The translations under genes and the position numbers were made by a program. A stretch of 64,000 nt of DNA, from NCBI GenBank assembly GCA_050942955.1, contig JBMNOG010000005.1, positions 307 through 64,306 of the forward strand, given 5' to 3'. The stretch comes from Patescibacteria group bacterium. Lineage in GTDB: Bacteria > Patescibacteriota > Microgenomatia > UBA1400 > UBA1449. Positions 47,636 to 56,871 of the stretch are shown here, in pieces. Under the pieces are notes generated by a model that was given only the letters and a program-made list of their open reading frames with translations, had not been told where the DNA came from and ran no database searches. Positions within the stretch are counted from its first letter, which is position 1. The number at the start of each line of letters is the position of its first letter.

Positions 47636-49885
47636 ATGAAGTTAACTAACAGTAAGTTTAAAGTTATCGGTGCTTTTGTAGTATGTTTACTTTCCTTTGC
47701 TCTTTATACATACAGTGCGGCTAGGACAAACCCTGGATATGCGGATTCAGATGAGCTCATTACTGCTGGTTATCTCCTAGGTTCAGCTCACCCTCCAGGG
47801 TATCCTCTTCAGATAGTTCTAGTTAAACTGTTTACCCTGCTTCCTGTTCCCGGAACAGTGGCATTTAAAGCTAATCTTCTCGCCGCTTTTCTGCAGAGTT
47901 TGACTGTAGTTTTCACCTATCTTACCGGTTTGGAAATATTGCTATTATTAACTTCCAGAAAAAAACTCAAAAAAGAAAAAGACGAAAAGCTTGCAAACGT
48001 TACTATTTTACATACTGTAGTTTCAGCTGGTGGGGCTCTACTACTGGCTCTTTCGGCGCTTTTCTGGCTTTACAGCTCAGTAATTGAAGTAATGTCCTTG
48101 AATAACTTCCTGGCAGCTTTAGCAGTCTGGTGCGGCTTTCAGTGGAAAAAGAACTATAAAAAAACAAAACAAAAGCAGGATATTCCTTGGTTTTTAGCAA
48201 CCTGTTTCGTAGTAGGTTTAGGGCTGTCTCATGTTCATACTTTTGTCCTGCTACTTCCTGGATTTGCCTTTCTGCTTTTTATAACCATATATAAAAAGGG
48301 TAACTGCCAGAAGGAGATAGCAGAGAGAGGGCTATATATTCTAGGCGCAGTTTTACTCGGATTTTTGTCACCTAACCTTTTGCTTTTTTGGTTGAATACT
48401 AGAAAAGCAAAAGTCAGTTGGTACTTCCCTCAGAGCTTACAGGGATGGATTAATCACATTAGTAGAAGAGTGTACTCAGGGTATTTAGTGGAAAACAGCA
48501 GTGAAGTTAGTGCTTACCTGGCCAAGTTTAACCTTAGCCAATACGTAAAAACCTTCCCTTTATATTGGCAGTTTTTAGGTTCTCATTTTGTCTATGTTGG
48601 ATTGGTCCTTGGACTAGTGGGAGTTGTTTGGCTAGCCAGAAAACACAGAGAGTTGCTAATGGTATTGGGTACACTTTACCTTTTTCCAGGTCTACTACTG
48701 GCTCTTTACATGGGAATGCCGGACAAATCTCCGGTAGAGAATCTGGAGTATCGAAGCATTGTAGGAGTTTCCCAAAGGCAAATGCTATTGGGTGAAACTA
48801 TGTGGGGACTTCTAGTTATTGTAGGTTTGTGGGGAGTAGTTACCTTACTTCATCACTTCATAAAAAATAAAATTGTAGCTCTCTTTTTAGGAGTTTCATT
48901 CTTAGTGCTTACGTTAGGCTTATCTTTTTGGCAGAACCGGACAATGGGAGTGCAAAGAAACAACACTATTGCCTGGGACTATGCCAAAGAAGTCTTAAGC
49001 AAAGCTGAAGAAAACTCTGTTCTTATTTGTTTTGCTGACTTTTCTTGCTTCTCTTTGTTTTATATGCAGGAAGTTGAGGGTTTTCGTCCTGATGTAGCTG
49101 TCCTTAGCAAAAATGCATACCTTAAAAAGAATTACTTGGAAAAGAACCCTCATCTTAAAGGTTTTGATTATATTGATAATCCTTACTTTGTGGCTGATTT
49201 AATTACCTGGAATGTTAGCCAAAGAACGACATACCTTACAGACACCTCAGGTTTTTACTCTAAATACCTTGGTTTTGAAGGTGATCCGTTTTATTTGGTT
49301 CCGGAAGGATATCTCTACCGAGTAACTACAAAACTGCCTCAAAAAGTGTCTGATAATGACTATACTCTTACACAAAAACTGTTGCACTTATCGAAATCAG
49401 AAAAAGATTACTGGATAAATGGGTTGCAGGATTACTTTGCCAACTTCCATACTATTAGTGGTACCATTTTTAGCTACTTAAATGAAAAAGAAGAAGCAAG
49501 GGAAAACTTTAGATTAGCAACTGAACTTTCGCCAGACTATGCTTTAGCTCAAACACTTCAAGATAGTCTCTCCGGATATTTTGGCAATCCTAACTATGAA
49601 TTAGGTCAAGAAAGTTCTAGTTCGGCAGAGTTTTTACAAAGTGGCCTTGAGAAAATTGAACAGGGAGAAATCGAAGCTGCTTATAAAGATATTCAAAAAG
49701 CTACATTTCTTGATCCTCTTAATAAGGATGCGAGACTTAAGTTGATGGAACTGTACGAACTGGGAGGATATTACCGTGAAGCTGTCATGGAATGCCGTAA
49801 TATTCTCAAGTATTATCCAGAGGAGCCAGGAGTAGTTGAAGAATTAAAACAACTTGAAAATGCAATTAAAACTGAGATTAATTGA
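47636..49885 (+). CDS. DUF2723/TMEM260-like GT-C glycosyltransferase with C-terminal TPR repeats (paralog 2)
   Basis: YADSDELITAGYLLGSAHPPGYPLQIVL motif with the same architecture. Starts 5 nt after paralog 1. Confidence 0.55.
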   Translation: MKLTNSKFKVIGAFVVCLLSFALYTYSAARTNPGYADSDELITAGYLLGSAHPPGYPLQIVLVKLFTLLPVPGTVAFKANLLAAFLQSLTVVFTYLTGLEILLLLTSRKKLKKEKDEKLANVTILHTVVSAGGALLLALSALFWLYSSVIEVMSLNNFLAALAVWCGFQWKKNYKKTKQKQDIPWFLATCFVVGLGLSHVHTFVLLLPGFAFLLFITIYKKGNCQKEIAERGLYILGAVLLGFLSPNLLLFWLNTRKAKVSWYFPQSLQGWINHISRRVYSGYLVENSSEVSAYLAKFNLSQYVKTFPLYWQFLGSHFVYVGLVLGLVGVVWLARKHRELLMVLGTLYLFPGLLLALYMGMPDKSPVENLEYRSIVGVSQRQMLLGETMWGLLVIVGLWGVVTLLHHFIKNKIVALFLGVSFLVLTLGLSFWQNRTMGVQRNNTIAWDYAKEVLSKAEENSVLICFADFSCFSLFYMQEVEGFRPDVAVLSKNAYLKKNYLEKNPHLKGFDYIDNPYFVADLITWNVSQRTTYLTDTSGFYSKYLGFEGDPFYLVPEGYLYRVTTKLPQKVSDNDYTLTQKLLHLSKSEKDYWINGLQDYFANFHTISGTIFSYLNEKEEARENFRLATELSPDYALAQTLQDSLSGYFGNPNYELGQESSSSAEFLQSGLEKIEQGEIEAAYKDIQKATFLDPLNKDARLKLMELYELGGYYREAVMECRNILKYYPEEPGVVEELKQLENAIKTEIN

Positions 49886-50996
49886 TTACCGGTGTCTCAG
49901 TTTGAATAATAACCTCATTATACTTTTCAACGACAATTTTTTTGTTGCCTTTAAAATCGCTTAACCATAAACGTTTAAACTGAGCTGGTCCGTCGGGAAC
50001 GATTTCCTCAATGAGAAATTGGTTTTCAGACCAGGGGATGGAGCGGGGCTTGTTAAGTTCTGAAGCAATAGTTATTGGAGTACGTGCTACCTCTTTTCGT
50101 TGATAGTAATCGAAAACATGCCAGTATCCCTTTTTGCTTAAAACAAAAATTTTATCGTTAATACATTTCACAGATAGAATAGCATTATCTTCATTCAAGG
50201 AAACAATAGTTTCCGGGTTTTCAGGATTGATAACGGTGTAAAGCTCAAGTGTACTATTGTTAATAGTAACCACTCCAGTAGAGTCAGGTGCCCAAAAAAC
50301 ATAGTTTCTGTCTGCTAGATTAGTTTTGGTGGAGAACTGATGAGATGATCTCCCTCCTTTTGTAGTAAACATGAATTTGGGTTTATCAGTTGTTTGTCCG
50401 TATCCTGAAACGAACAGAATCATACTCCCATTAGGTGAAAGTTTAAAGACGTTACCGTAAGGGTAAGGGATGGGAGCTTGAATCACAGTTCCATTTGCCA
50501 GGTTATGATGGTACAGAGTATTTCCTTCATCTGTGATAAACATAACAACATTTGAGTTAGGAGAGAAATCTAAGTATGGATTGGTGTTAAGGAAACTATT
50601 TGGAGGGTAAATACTGTAAATTTCTTGTGATTTAATACTTAAAGCCATTACACCTTTAATAGGAGTGTACCAAACGACCCATTGCTTAGTTGGACTTATA
50701 ATAAAGCTCTCTATTTCGGGTGCTGGGGGTTGTTCTTCACTTTTGAAAGCATAGATAGCAAGAGGTCTGGCAAACTCAGGGTCAACAAGGTAAAGGGAGT
50801 TATTATTTGCAAACGCAACTAAACTATTTCCCTGAAGGATATCATCTATAGAGATTGGACTATTTTCTACTGGGTTTTCAGGACCTTTTGAACTTAGTTG
50901 AAACTGAGAAAAATCAATCTTTGGGGAACAGGCTGTTAAAAAGAGTCCTAAAAGGCAGAAAAGAACTAGGTAAATACCATACTTAATTGATCCCAT
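49878..50996 (-). CDS. Secreted lipoprotein, probable beta-propeller (TolB/WD40-like) fold
   Basis: Lipobox LFLTAC. Repetitive beta-strand-rich sequence. Confidence 0.4.
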   Translation of the reverse strand: MGSIKYGIYLVLFCLLGLFLTACSPKIDFSQFQLSSKGPENPVENSPISIDDILQGNSLVAFANNNSLYLVDPEFARPLAIYAFKSEEQPPAPEIESFIISPTKQWVVWYTPIKGVMALSIKSQEIYSIYPPNSFLNTNPYLDFSPNSNVVMFITDEGNTLYHHNLANGTVIQAPIPYPYGNVFKLSPNGSMILFVSGYGQTTDKPKFMFTTKGGRSSHQFSTKTNLADRNYVFWAPDSTGVVTINNSTLELYTVINPENPETIVSLNEDNAILSVKCINDKIFVLSKKGYWHVFDYYQRKEVARTPITIASELNKPRSIPWSENQFLIEEIVPDGPAQFKRLWLSDFKGNKKIVVEKYNEVIIQTETPVIN

Positions 50997-51052
50997 ATTA
51001 TCTCGGTAGCGAACCTACCTCATACTATACCATACTTTATGAACAAGGGAAG

Positions 51053-52474
51053 TTACTTCTGCTCTTTAACTTGCTTAACTTTGTCAGTGTTGATTTCATC
51101 TAAAATACTGCTAACAGATTCACTAAATTCTGCCTCAAATCTTTCTTTGCCTTCTTTTTCTTTTATTATTTCCATCTTGCTTTCTAGTGCTGCCAACTCT
51201 CCTGATATTACTTCCTGAATATAACGCACTTTAAGCTTATTGCTTCGCGAGTTCATGACCATCTTCCAGATGATGATAGTAAGCAGCATAAGGAAAGTGA
51301 GAGTAGAGATGAAGTTAATAAGAACAACAGTCTTATCGGCTCTAGATTTACCCGGAATGAGCAGATCTCTTAAACTCTGAACAGACATAACTTCTCCAGC
51401 CTCCCCTGGTTCCATGGGGTATGATTCAGGAATTTCAAACGGGGTGGCATTGGGTCTTGGAGTGAGGTTAATTGGTGCTGGTACTGTATTATCTTCTTCT
51501 ACCACTTCAAGTTCACTAGTTCCCGATGTGCTCGTTTTTTTTGTGCCACCGCTACTTTTAAAGTTATCAGTAACGTCAACTACATTGACATCGTCAAATA
51601 GAGTAGTTTGGTTAACAATAGGAGTTGGGTTCGGGTTGGCTGAGGCTGTGGCTGTAGGGGTAACTGTGGGTGTAGGTGTTGGCGTTGGTGTTGGTGTAGC
51701 TGTAGGCTCTGATGAAGAAGTTGGAGTAGCTGAGGGAGTAGGGCTAGGAGAGGGTGTGGGTGTAGCAACTGTTTCTCCTTGAATACTAATATTAAATATC
51801 GGTTGTGTTCCGGGTGTTTTAATTTGTCCATTATAAAGTAGGATAATATCTGAAAAAGTCATGGAGGTATTGCCTGGAGCATATGGTTTTATGACAAAAG
51901 TAGCAATCTTACCGTCTCCGTTAAATCCATCTGTGCCTCCGACCCCTGCAGTAAAGATGATTTTATGGTTGTAGGCGTAAGGTGTAGAAGTGCTGTAATC
52001 TTTTCCTGGTGGAACAGAGTTTGCAGGGGTGAAAAAGGGGAAAACAGTCCCATTTTTATTAATTCTTGCCGTTATCCAGCCCGCCCAGTAGCCATTAATG
52101 TCAGACTGGAAGTAATCAGGAGAATAGTTAACAACCACCTGCATTGTACCTATTTGTTGGCTGCAAGTATTGAGCCGTAATTCCACTGTTGATTCTGTCC
52201 CTGCAGTGAATCCCGTACTGGAGCTTAAGTAGAAAAATGGAGCATTTCCTTGTTCCTCGCAGGTGTAAGCGTATACGCTAGGAGTAAGAATTCCAAAAAA
52301 AAGGAAAGAAATAATCAGTAGTAGAAAAAACCTAACTAGCTTAGAATTCATAGTCTGCCTAAAATTATGCCTGGTTGAGAAACATTTTTCAATGAAGAAG
52401 TTTAAATACATCAAGAGTGTCTGTCTACTAGGCTTTTCTTTTTCTAATAAGCCACAAGATTGTGTTAACTGCAA
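51053..52474 (-). CDS. Surface protein: cohesin-like domain, PT-rich linker, TM anchor, cytoplasmic coiled-coil tail (probable true start at MNSKLVRFF, ~52351)
   Basis: Signal peptide after Met-42. Cohesin-like segment ATFVIKPYAPGNTSMTFSD. A (TPTPSP)n linker. TM segment LTFLMLLTIIIWKMVM. Confidence 0.45.
   Translation of the reverse strand: MQLTQSCGLLEKEKPSRQTLLMYLNFFIEKCFSTRHNFRQTMNSKLVRFFLLLIISFLFFGILTPSVYAYTCEEQGNAPFFYLSSSTGFTAGTESTVELRLNTCSQQIGTMQVVVNYSPDYFQSDINGYWAGWITARINKNGTVFPFFTPANSVPPGKDYSTSTPYAYNHKIIFTAGVGGTDGFNGDGKIATFVIKPYAPGNTSMTFSDIILLYNGQIKTPGTQPIFNISIQGETVATPTPSPSPTPSATPTSSSEPTATPTPTPTPTPTVTPTATASANPNPTPIVNQTTLFDDVNVVDVTDNFKSSGGTKKTSTSGTSELEVVEEDNTVPAPINLTPRPNATPFEIPESYPMEPGEAGEVMSVQSLRDLLIPGKSRADKTVVLINFISTLTFLMLLTIIIWKMVMNSRSNKLKVRYIQEVISGELAALESKMEIIKEKEGKERFEAEFSESVSSILDEINTDKVKQVKEQK
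51610..51770 (-). repeat. Pro/Thr-linker codon repeat (GGTGTTGGCGTTGGTGTTGGTGTAGC on the + strand)
   Basis: Short tandem units encoding (TPTPSP)n. They produce a spurious GVGVGV ORF on the plus strand. Confidence 0.55.
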
Positions 52475-53162
52475 AGATACATCCCAATGTACCGATAGTG
52501 GTTATAAATACCCAGTTAGTTGGTGTTTGAGTGATGGTTTTTGAACTAGATACAGAAGAATCGCCATCATAAAAAGGAATAGCAGGTGCAAAAGTAGAGT
52601 TAGTTTCAAACTGGGGTGGAGGAGTGCCATCAGGTTCTCCGATTTTCATCCTAAAACTATCCATAGCTCCCGGCTTGATAATTGTGCCCAAAAACTGAAA
52701 ACTGGGATAGACAAAGGAAATTGCAGTATATCCCTTCTGTTTTGCTTTTAAGGAGAAAATTGCTATTAGACCTTCATCGTCATCATATGCTTTTGATTCA
52801 GGAAAACTGCAGGCAAAGATAAGTTTAGAACCGTAGTAGTAAGGGGTAGTCCTTTCAAAATTTTCACCGGGAGGGATTGAGACGGCCGGCTTCCATGAGG
52901 AACAAACTGAATTTTGAACATTAAGAGCATGAAAGTCCCAGTACTCCTCATCAAACTGAATAGCAATTTGCACTGTTTCCAGTTGGCTGCCATCACTGTT
53001 TAAGAATAACTTGAAAATGCCAACATCACCTTCGTTATAGTACTCTTCGCCAGTAAGGTAAAAAAAAGGATTTGCGGTAACTACGGAAGGATGCGCTAAT
53101 ACACAAAAAGAAAGAATGATTGTAATAGAAAAACTTCGGATTAATAGTCTCAATCTAATCAT
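52428..53162 (-). CDS. Cohesin-like domain protein with a C-terminal TM anchor (paralog)
   Basis: PFFYL...TPYYYGSKLIFA...IAIFSLKAKQKGYTAISFV parallels the neighbouring gene. C-terminal TM followed by RKRKA. Confidence 0.45.
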   Translation of the reverse strand: MIRLRLLIRSFSITIILSFCVLAHPSVVTANPFFYLTGEEYYNEGDVGIFKLFLNSDGSQLETVQIAIQFDEEYWDFHALNVQNSVCSSWKPAVSIPPGENFERTTPYYYGSKLIFACSFPESKAYDDDEGLIAIFSLKAKQKGYTAISFVYPSFQFLGTIIKPGAMDSFRMKIGEPDGTPPPQFETNSTFAPAIPFYDGDSSVSSSKTITQTPTNWVFITTIGTLGCIFAVNTILWLIRKRKA

Positions 53163-53232
53163 ACCTTCAACGTATCTTAGAATTATGACGATTTAGACTG
53201 GAATTTGCAATAAACGGAAGTTTTAAAAATAT

Positions 53233-53778
53233 TCAGATGTGGTTGACGATCATCACGGTTTGTTCAGAGGGTTGTGAAAAAATGTTGGTTCCCTTGCCGT
53301 CATTTAAAAGGATCAAGCTGTTTTCACTAATCTTTATTTTAGTTTCTCCGACCGTTTTTGCCATAAAAGTGATTTCAGCAATAGTGTTTTGCCCTTTAAA
53401 ACCCGGACTGGGAGATCCGCACTCAATAGAAATTGTTCCTTTTGTATCGTTAAATTTATTAACAGGATAAAACTGGCAAAAAGATTTTGAAGTATCCACA
53501 TTCACAATGGAAAGTTTGTCAGGATCGAATGATACAAAAAGAGCCACCGCGTTTGCAGCTTGATTATCGCTATCAGCTATAATTTGTGCTTTGAACATAG
53601 TACTAACTAAAACTTCCCTATCGGCTTCAATATAAAATGCACCATTTCCTTGTGTTTTTTTACCCAGCACTAGTTTTCCAAAAAAATTTTGGCTTATTAA
53701 AATATAGCTTAAGGAAATGAGAGCAATTAAAGCAAAAGAGGCTAAAACTACCCAGTAGAATAGTTCTTTTCGTTTCAT
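53233..53778 (-). CDS. N-terminally anchored cohesin-like domain protein
   Basis: N-terminal TM. Segment NTIAEITFMAKTVGETKIKISENSLILLNDGKG resembles cohesin beta-sandwich strands 8 and 9. Confidence 0.45.
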   Translation of the reverse strand: MKRKELFYWVVLASFALIALISLSYILISQNFFGKLVLGKKTQGNGAFYIEADREVLVSTMFKAQIIADSDNQAANAVALFVSFDPDKLSIVNVDTSKSFCQFYPVNKFNDTKGTISIECGSPSPGFKGQNTIAEITFMAKTVGETKIKISENSLILLNDGKGTNIFSQPSEQTVMIVNHI

Positions 53779-53779
53779 T

Positions 53780-55474
53780 TTAAATGAATTCTAGAGAGCT
53801 CAATATAACATCTATTCTCTTTGCATCATCCTCTGAGAGAGTAGGACTGAAGGTAGCATACCAAATATCAAAAATATAGTCATTGTGTTTGACTAGATAT
53901 TTATCTCCAGGATACTCGGAAAAGTCTTCAAGCTCCAAAAACAATGCCTCTTTATTTTTAAATGTAGTCTCTTTAACCTTGTAGTTTAAACTGCTGGCCT
54001 TTATTAGTTTCCAGTATTCTTTAACTTCTAGGGCAGTCTCAGCGACTTGAATCTTAAAAATGTACCCTGTCTTTCGGATGAAAGTGATACTACTGTCAGT
54101 TTTAATAACATTCACCGCATTTTTGGGATAGTTTAACTGTATACCGATAGTGCCATCCTTAATAGTATCCCACTGGGTTTCGGCAAAAGGCACATTAGCT
54201 TGTGATTCTGCATACTTCTCGTCACTTACCCCTTTAGTTTGAGGTTGAGATTGCGTTTGAGTCTCAGGAGGAGTGGTTGGCTGAGAAGATTCGTTTATTT
54301 TTTTTCCCAACTCTGCTTGTTCTGTTACTGGTTGAGCGTCAGGGGGCAGATATTCTTGGAGTAGTGTTGTATCTACTTCCGTATTGCGGTTGAGAGTCAT
54401 CCATACAACTCCACCAATAATTGAAACTAAAAGTATTGTTGAACCTAGAACTACAAGAGGTTTAGGGATCTTCGAAAAGAACCCTTTTTTTTCATTTTTT
54501 TCAGGTTGGGTTGGGGTTTGCTTAGTTGATGGTTGGTTTTGGGCCAATTTATCCTGGACGGGAACTGACTGTGCTGGTTGCTCTTGAGTTAGCCTAGATT
54601 GCTCTGATTGAGTAGTGGTCGCTTGTTCAGGTTTTTGCTCCTCTGGTTTGGCTGCTGGTTGAGTCTGAGGTTGAGATTCTTGTGGAGAGGTATTAGTTTC
54701 GGTTGATGTACTTACTTGAGTATTAGTTTGAGATGCTTCCGGTTGGACAGGCGCAGGTGAAGCAGATACTGGTGCCGGCTGGTTTACGGGAGTAGTCACT
54801 GCAATCTTTTCGCTCTCAATTAGTTGATTCATGGCTTGAACTACTTCCTGAAGCTCTTTAGAAATGGTGAAAAACTTATTCTTGGTGATAGGCTCACTGC
54901 GATGCATGTCTTTTCGTAAGCTCTTGATGGTACTCTCCAGTTTCTTCTTCTCGTCAGTAAAAGAATCCTTCATCTCTTCAAGTTCTTTTTTAAGACGGCT
55001 TTCTTTTTTTGAAGAATGTTCTATTTTCTTTTCGATGAGTGAAAGTTTCTCATTCACATCGTGATTTACAAAATCCGGCTTATTGTCTACTTCTGCTTCT
55101 TGTTCAACTATGCTTTTTGGTAGTGAAAATTCCTCTGATAAGCTAGTCTCTGAAGCTGGAAGTTCGGTCTCAGAAACTGGCGACAAAGTGGAGTTATGCT
55201 TTTGAGAAACTTTTTCTATCTGTTTAATAGATTCAAGCTTTTCTAACTGAGTTTTTATCTTCTGATCCAATTCCTCTTTCAATCTTTGAGCTTGTTTAAT
55301 TTTCTCTTCAAGCTCGTTGAGCTCAGGAGCGTCCTGTTTTAAGGGTGGATTAGACTTAGAAGAGGAGATAGGCGAATAAGATTCCTGGGATTGCTTCAGA
55401 CGTTTAATTGGTCTGTAAAATCCAGGTTTTGACCGGCCTGCGGAACTAGTAAGATACTTCTTTGTTCTTGCCAT
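53780..55474 (-). CDS. Large coiled-coil / PQT-rich protein with a central TM segment (hypothetical)
   Basis: N-terminal coiled coils, a Gln/Pro/Thr-rich region, a TM (VVLGSTILLVSIIGGVVWM) and a C-terminal globular domain. Confidence 0.45.
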   Translation of the reverse strand: MARTKKYLTSSAGRSKPGFYRPIKRLKQSQESYSPISSSKSNPPLKQDAPELNELEEKIKQAQRLKEELDQKIKTQLEKLESIKQIEKVSQKHNSTLSPVSETELPASETSLSEEFSLPKSIVEQEAEVDNKPDFVNHDVNEKLSLIEKKIEHSSKKESRLKKELEEMKDSFTDEKKKLESTIKSLRKDMHRSEPITKNKFFTISKELQEVVQAMNQLIESEKIAVTTPVNQPAPVSASPAPVQPEASQTNTQVSTSTETNTSPQESQPQTQPAAKPEEQKPEQATTTQSEQSRLTQEQPAQSVPVQDKLAQNQPSTKQTPTQPEKNEKKGFFSKIPKPLVVLGSTILLVSIIGGVVWMTLNRNTEVDTTLLQEYLPPDAQPVTEQAELGKKINESSQPTTPPETQTQSQPQTKGVSDEKYAESQANVPFAETQWDTIKDGTIGIQLNYPKNAVNVIKTDSSITFIRKTGYIFKIQVAETALEVKEYWKLIKASSLNYKVKETTFKNKEALFLELEDFSEYPGDKYLVKHNDYIFDIWYATFSPTLSEDDAKRIDVILSSLEFI

Positions 55475-55556
55475 GACAGAAGTTTAGGAAAAGATACCTT
55501 ATATAACAGTAGCAACTTTGGATTTTTCTTGCAAGATGGAAGAAAGATTACTACTG

Positions 55557-56801
55557 CTATGTTCCCCAGTAGTACATCATAATGCTGAAGTCGATTAGGT
55601 TGACAGTCCCGTCGCTATTAATATCCGCTGAAGCACTGGTAGTTCCCCAGTAGTACATGAGAATACTGAAGTCAGTGAGGTTAGTGTGAGAATCACAGTT
55701 CAAATCTCCTTGAGAAATACCACAGCCTGGAGGTGAAGGAGTGGGTCCGGAACTGGGTAAAACTGAAAATTGCAAGGAGTTACTAAAAAGACTTTGGGAA
55801 CCTGTACCATTTTGGACTAAGCTATAGATTCGGTAGTCTCCCGGTATATACTCACTTGTGTTGTCTATAGTGTAATCCCAATTTCCAGAAGTATCTGCAG
55901 TAGCGTAGTAGGTTCTGAGAGGAGATTCAGTAAAAATACTCAAGTCTCCTGAAATAATTGTTGAACCGCTAACAATAAGCGGGTCACCTTGAGTAACTTC
56001 GGTTGCATCAATTTCAATCGTTGGCGAAAGCAGAAGGTCAGATACAGTAGTCTGTTGATAAATTGGAGTTTGAACTTCAATAGGAAGGATGGATGTAGTT
56101 CGATTGTCTAGATCAACTCCGTACATAGTGATATTATGAGTTCCGGGATCAAGTCCAAGCAGTAGTTTGGTAAAGGTACCAAGTAGGCCTGCAGTTTCTG
56201 TTCCGATCACAGTACCGTTTTCTGTAAAAGTGATAAATGTTCCGGGTGCAGAATACCCTGAAATGAGTAGAGAAGCTGTAGCCGGAGCAATAGATGCAGA
56301 TACAGTGACTGATCCACCCCATCCTGTAGCGAGGAATGAAGTAATGTTTTTAATAATCAGCCCTTCAGCATCTTCAGTGACACTTACCTGAACCTGGTAA
56401 AGGTTTTGAGAGTCTGGGTTAGTAGCTGTTATACCTGAGATGGTAATTCTATTACCTCTTAGAACAGCTATCCCGGTGACTTTTATCGTGTTTCCTTCCT
56501 GACTAAACTCAGGATTTCCGAGATAACTTCCTGTTACTTGTCCGTTAACAAGTGTAACGTCGGTAAAATGTGGTAAATCTATGTGAATGTAGTCAGATGA
56601 ACTGATAATTTCAGAATCCAAAGGCAAAGTAAAACTGACCATGTGAGAAACGTTAGGCAAACTAGTTTGGTCGTGGCTAATAACATCCTGTCCATCAAGT
56701 AAATAGCCTGAGGCATGAGCTAAGGGGGTAAAAATTAGGCTGACTAAGGGAAAAATACAAAGAAGGCCAAAATAATAGCGAGCAGTATGAGGCATAAGCA
56801 A
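55557..56801 (-). CDS. Secreted Ig-like repeat protein with a C-terminal type-I dockerin module
   Basis: Signal peptide. The C-terminus has two 22-aa Ca-binding repeats, GDLNCDSHTNLTDFSILMYYWG and ADINSDGTVNLIDFSIMMYYWG, each fitting DxNxDxxxNxxD. Confidence 0.6.
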   Translation of the reverse strand: MLMPHTARYYFGLLCIFPLVSLIFTPLAHASGYLLDGQDVISHDQTSLPNVSHMVSFTLPLDSEIISSSDYIHIDLPHFTDVTLVNGQVTGSYLGNPEFSQEGNTIKVTGIAVLRGNRITISGITATNPDSQNLYQVQVSVTEDAEGLIIKNITSFLATGWGGSVTVSASIAPATASLLISGYSAPGTFITFTENGTVIGTETAGLLGTFTKLLLGLDPGTHNITMYGVDLDNRTTSILPIEVQTPIYQQTTVSDLLLSPTIEIDATEVTQGDPLIVSGSTIISGDLSIFTESPLRTYYATADTSGNWDYTIDNTSEYIPGDYRIYSLVQNGTGSQSLFSNSLQFSVLPSSGPTPSPPGCGISQGDLNCDSHTNLTDFSILMYYWGTTSASADINSDGTVNLIDFSIMMYYWGT

Positions 56802-56871
56802 TTACTAGCTACCAAAGAATAGTTAGTCCTTCCATGATTGTAGCAAGAGGGGTAGAAAGAAAAAAGATAGA

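Noticed and set aside
51414-51831. Plus-strand ORF 51414-51782 (GVGVGV-rich) and minus ORF 51580-51831 inside the PT-linker region
   Set aside because: They are alternative frames of a (ACNCCN)n Pro/Thr codon repeat. The real gene is the minus-strand cohesin-like surface protein.
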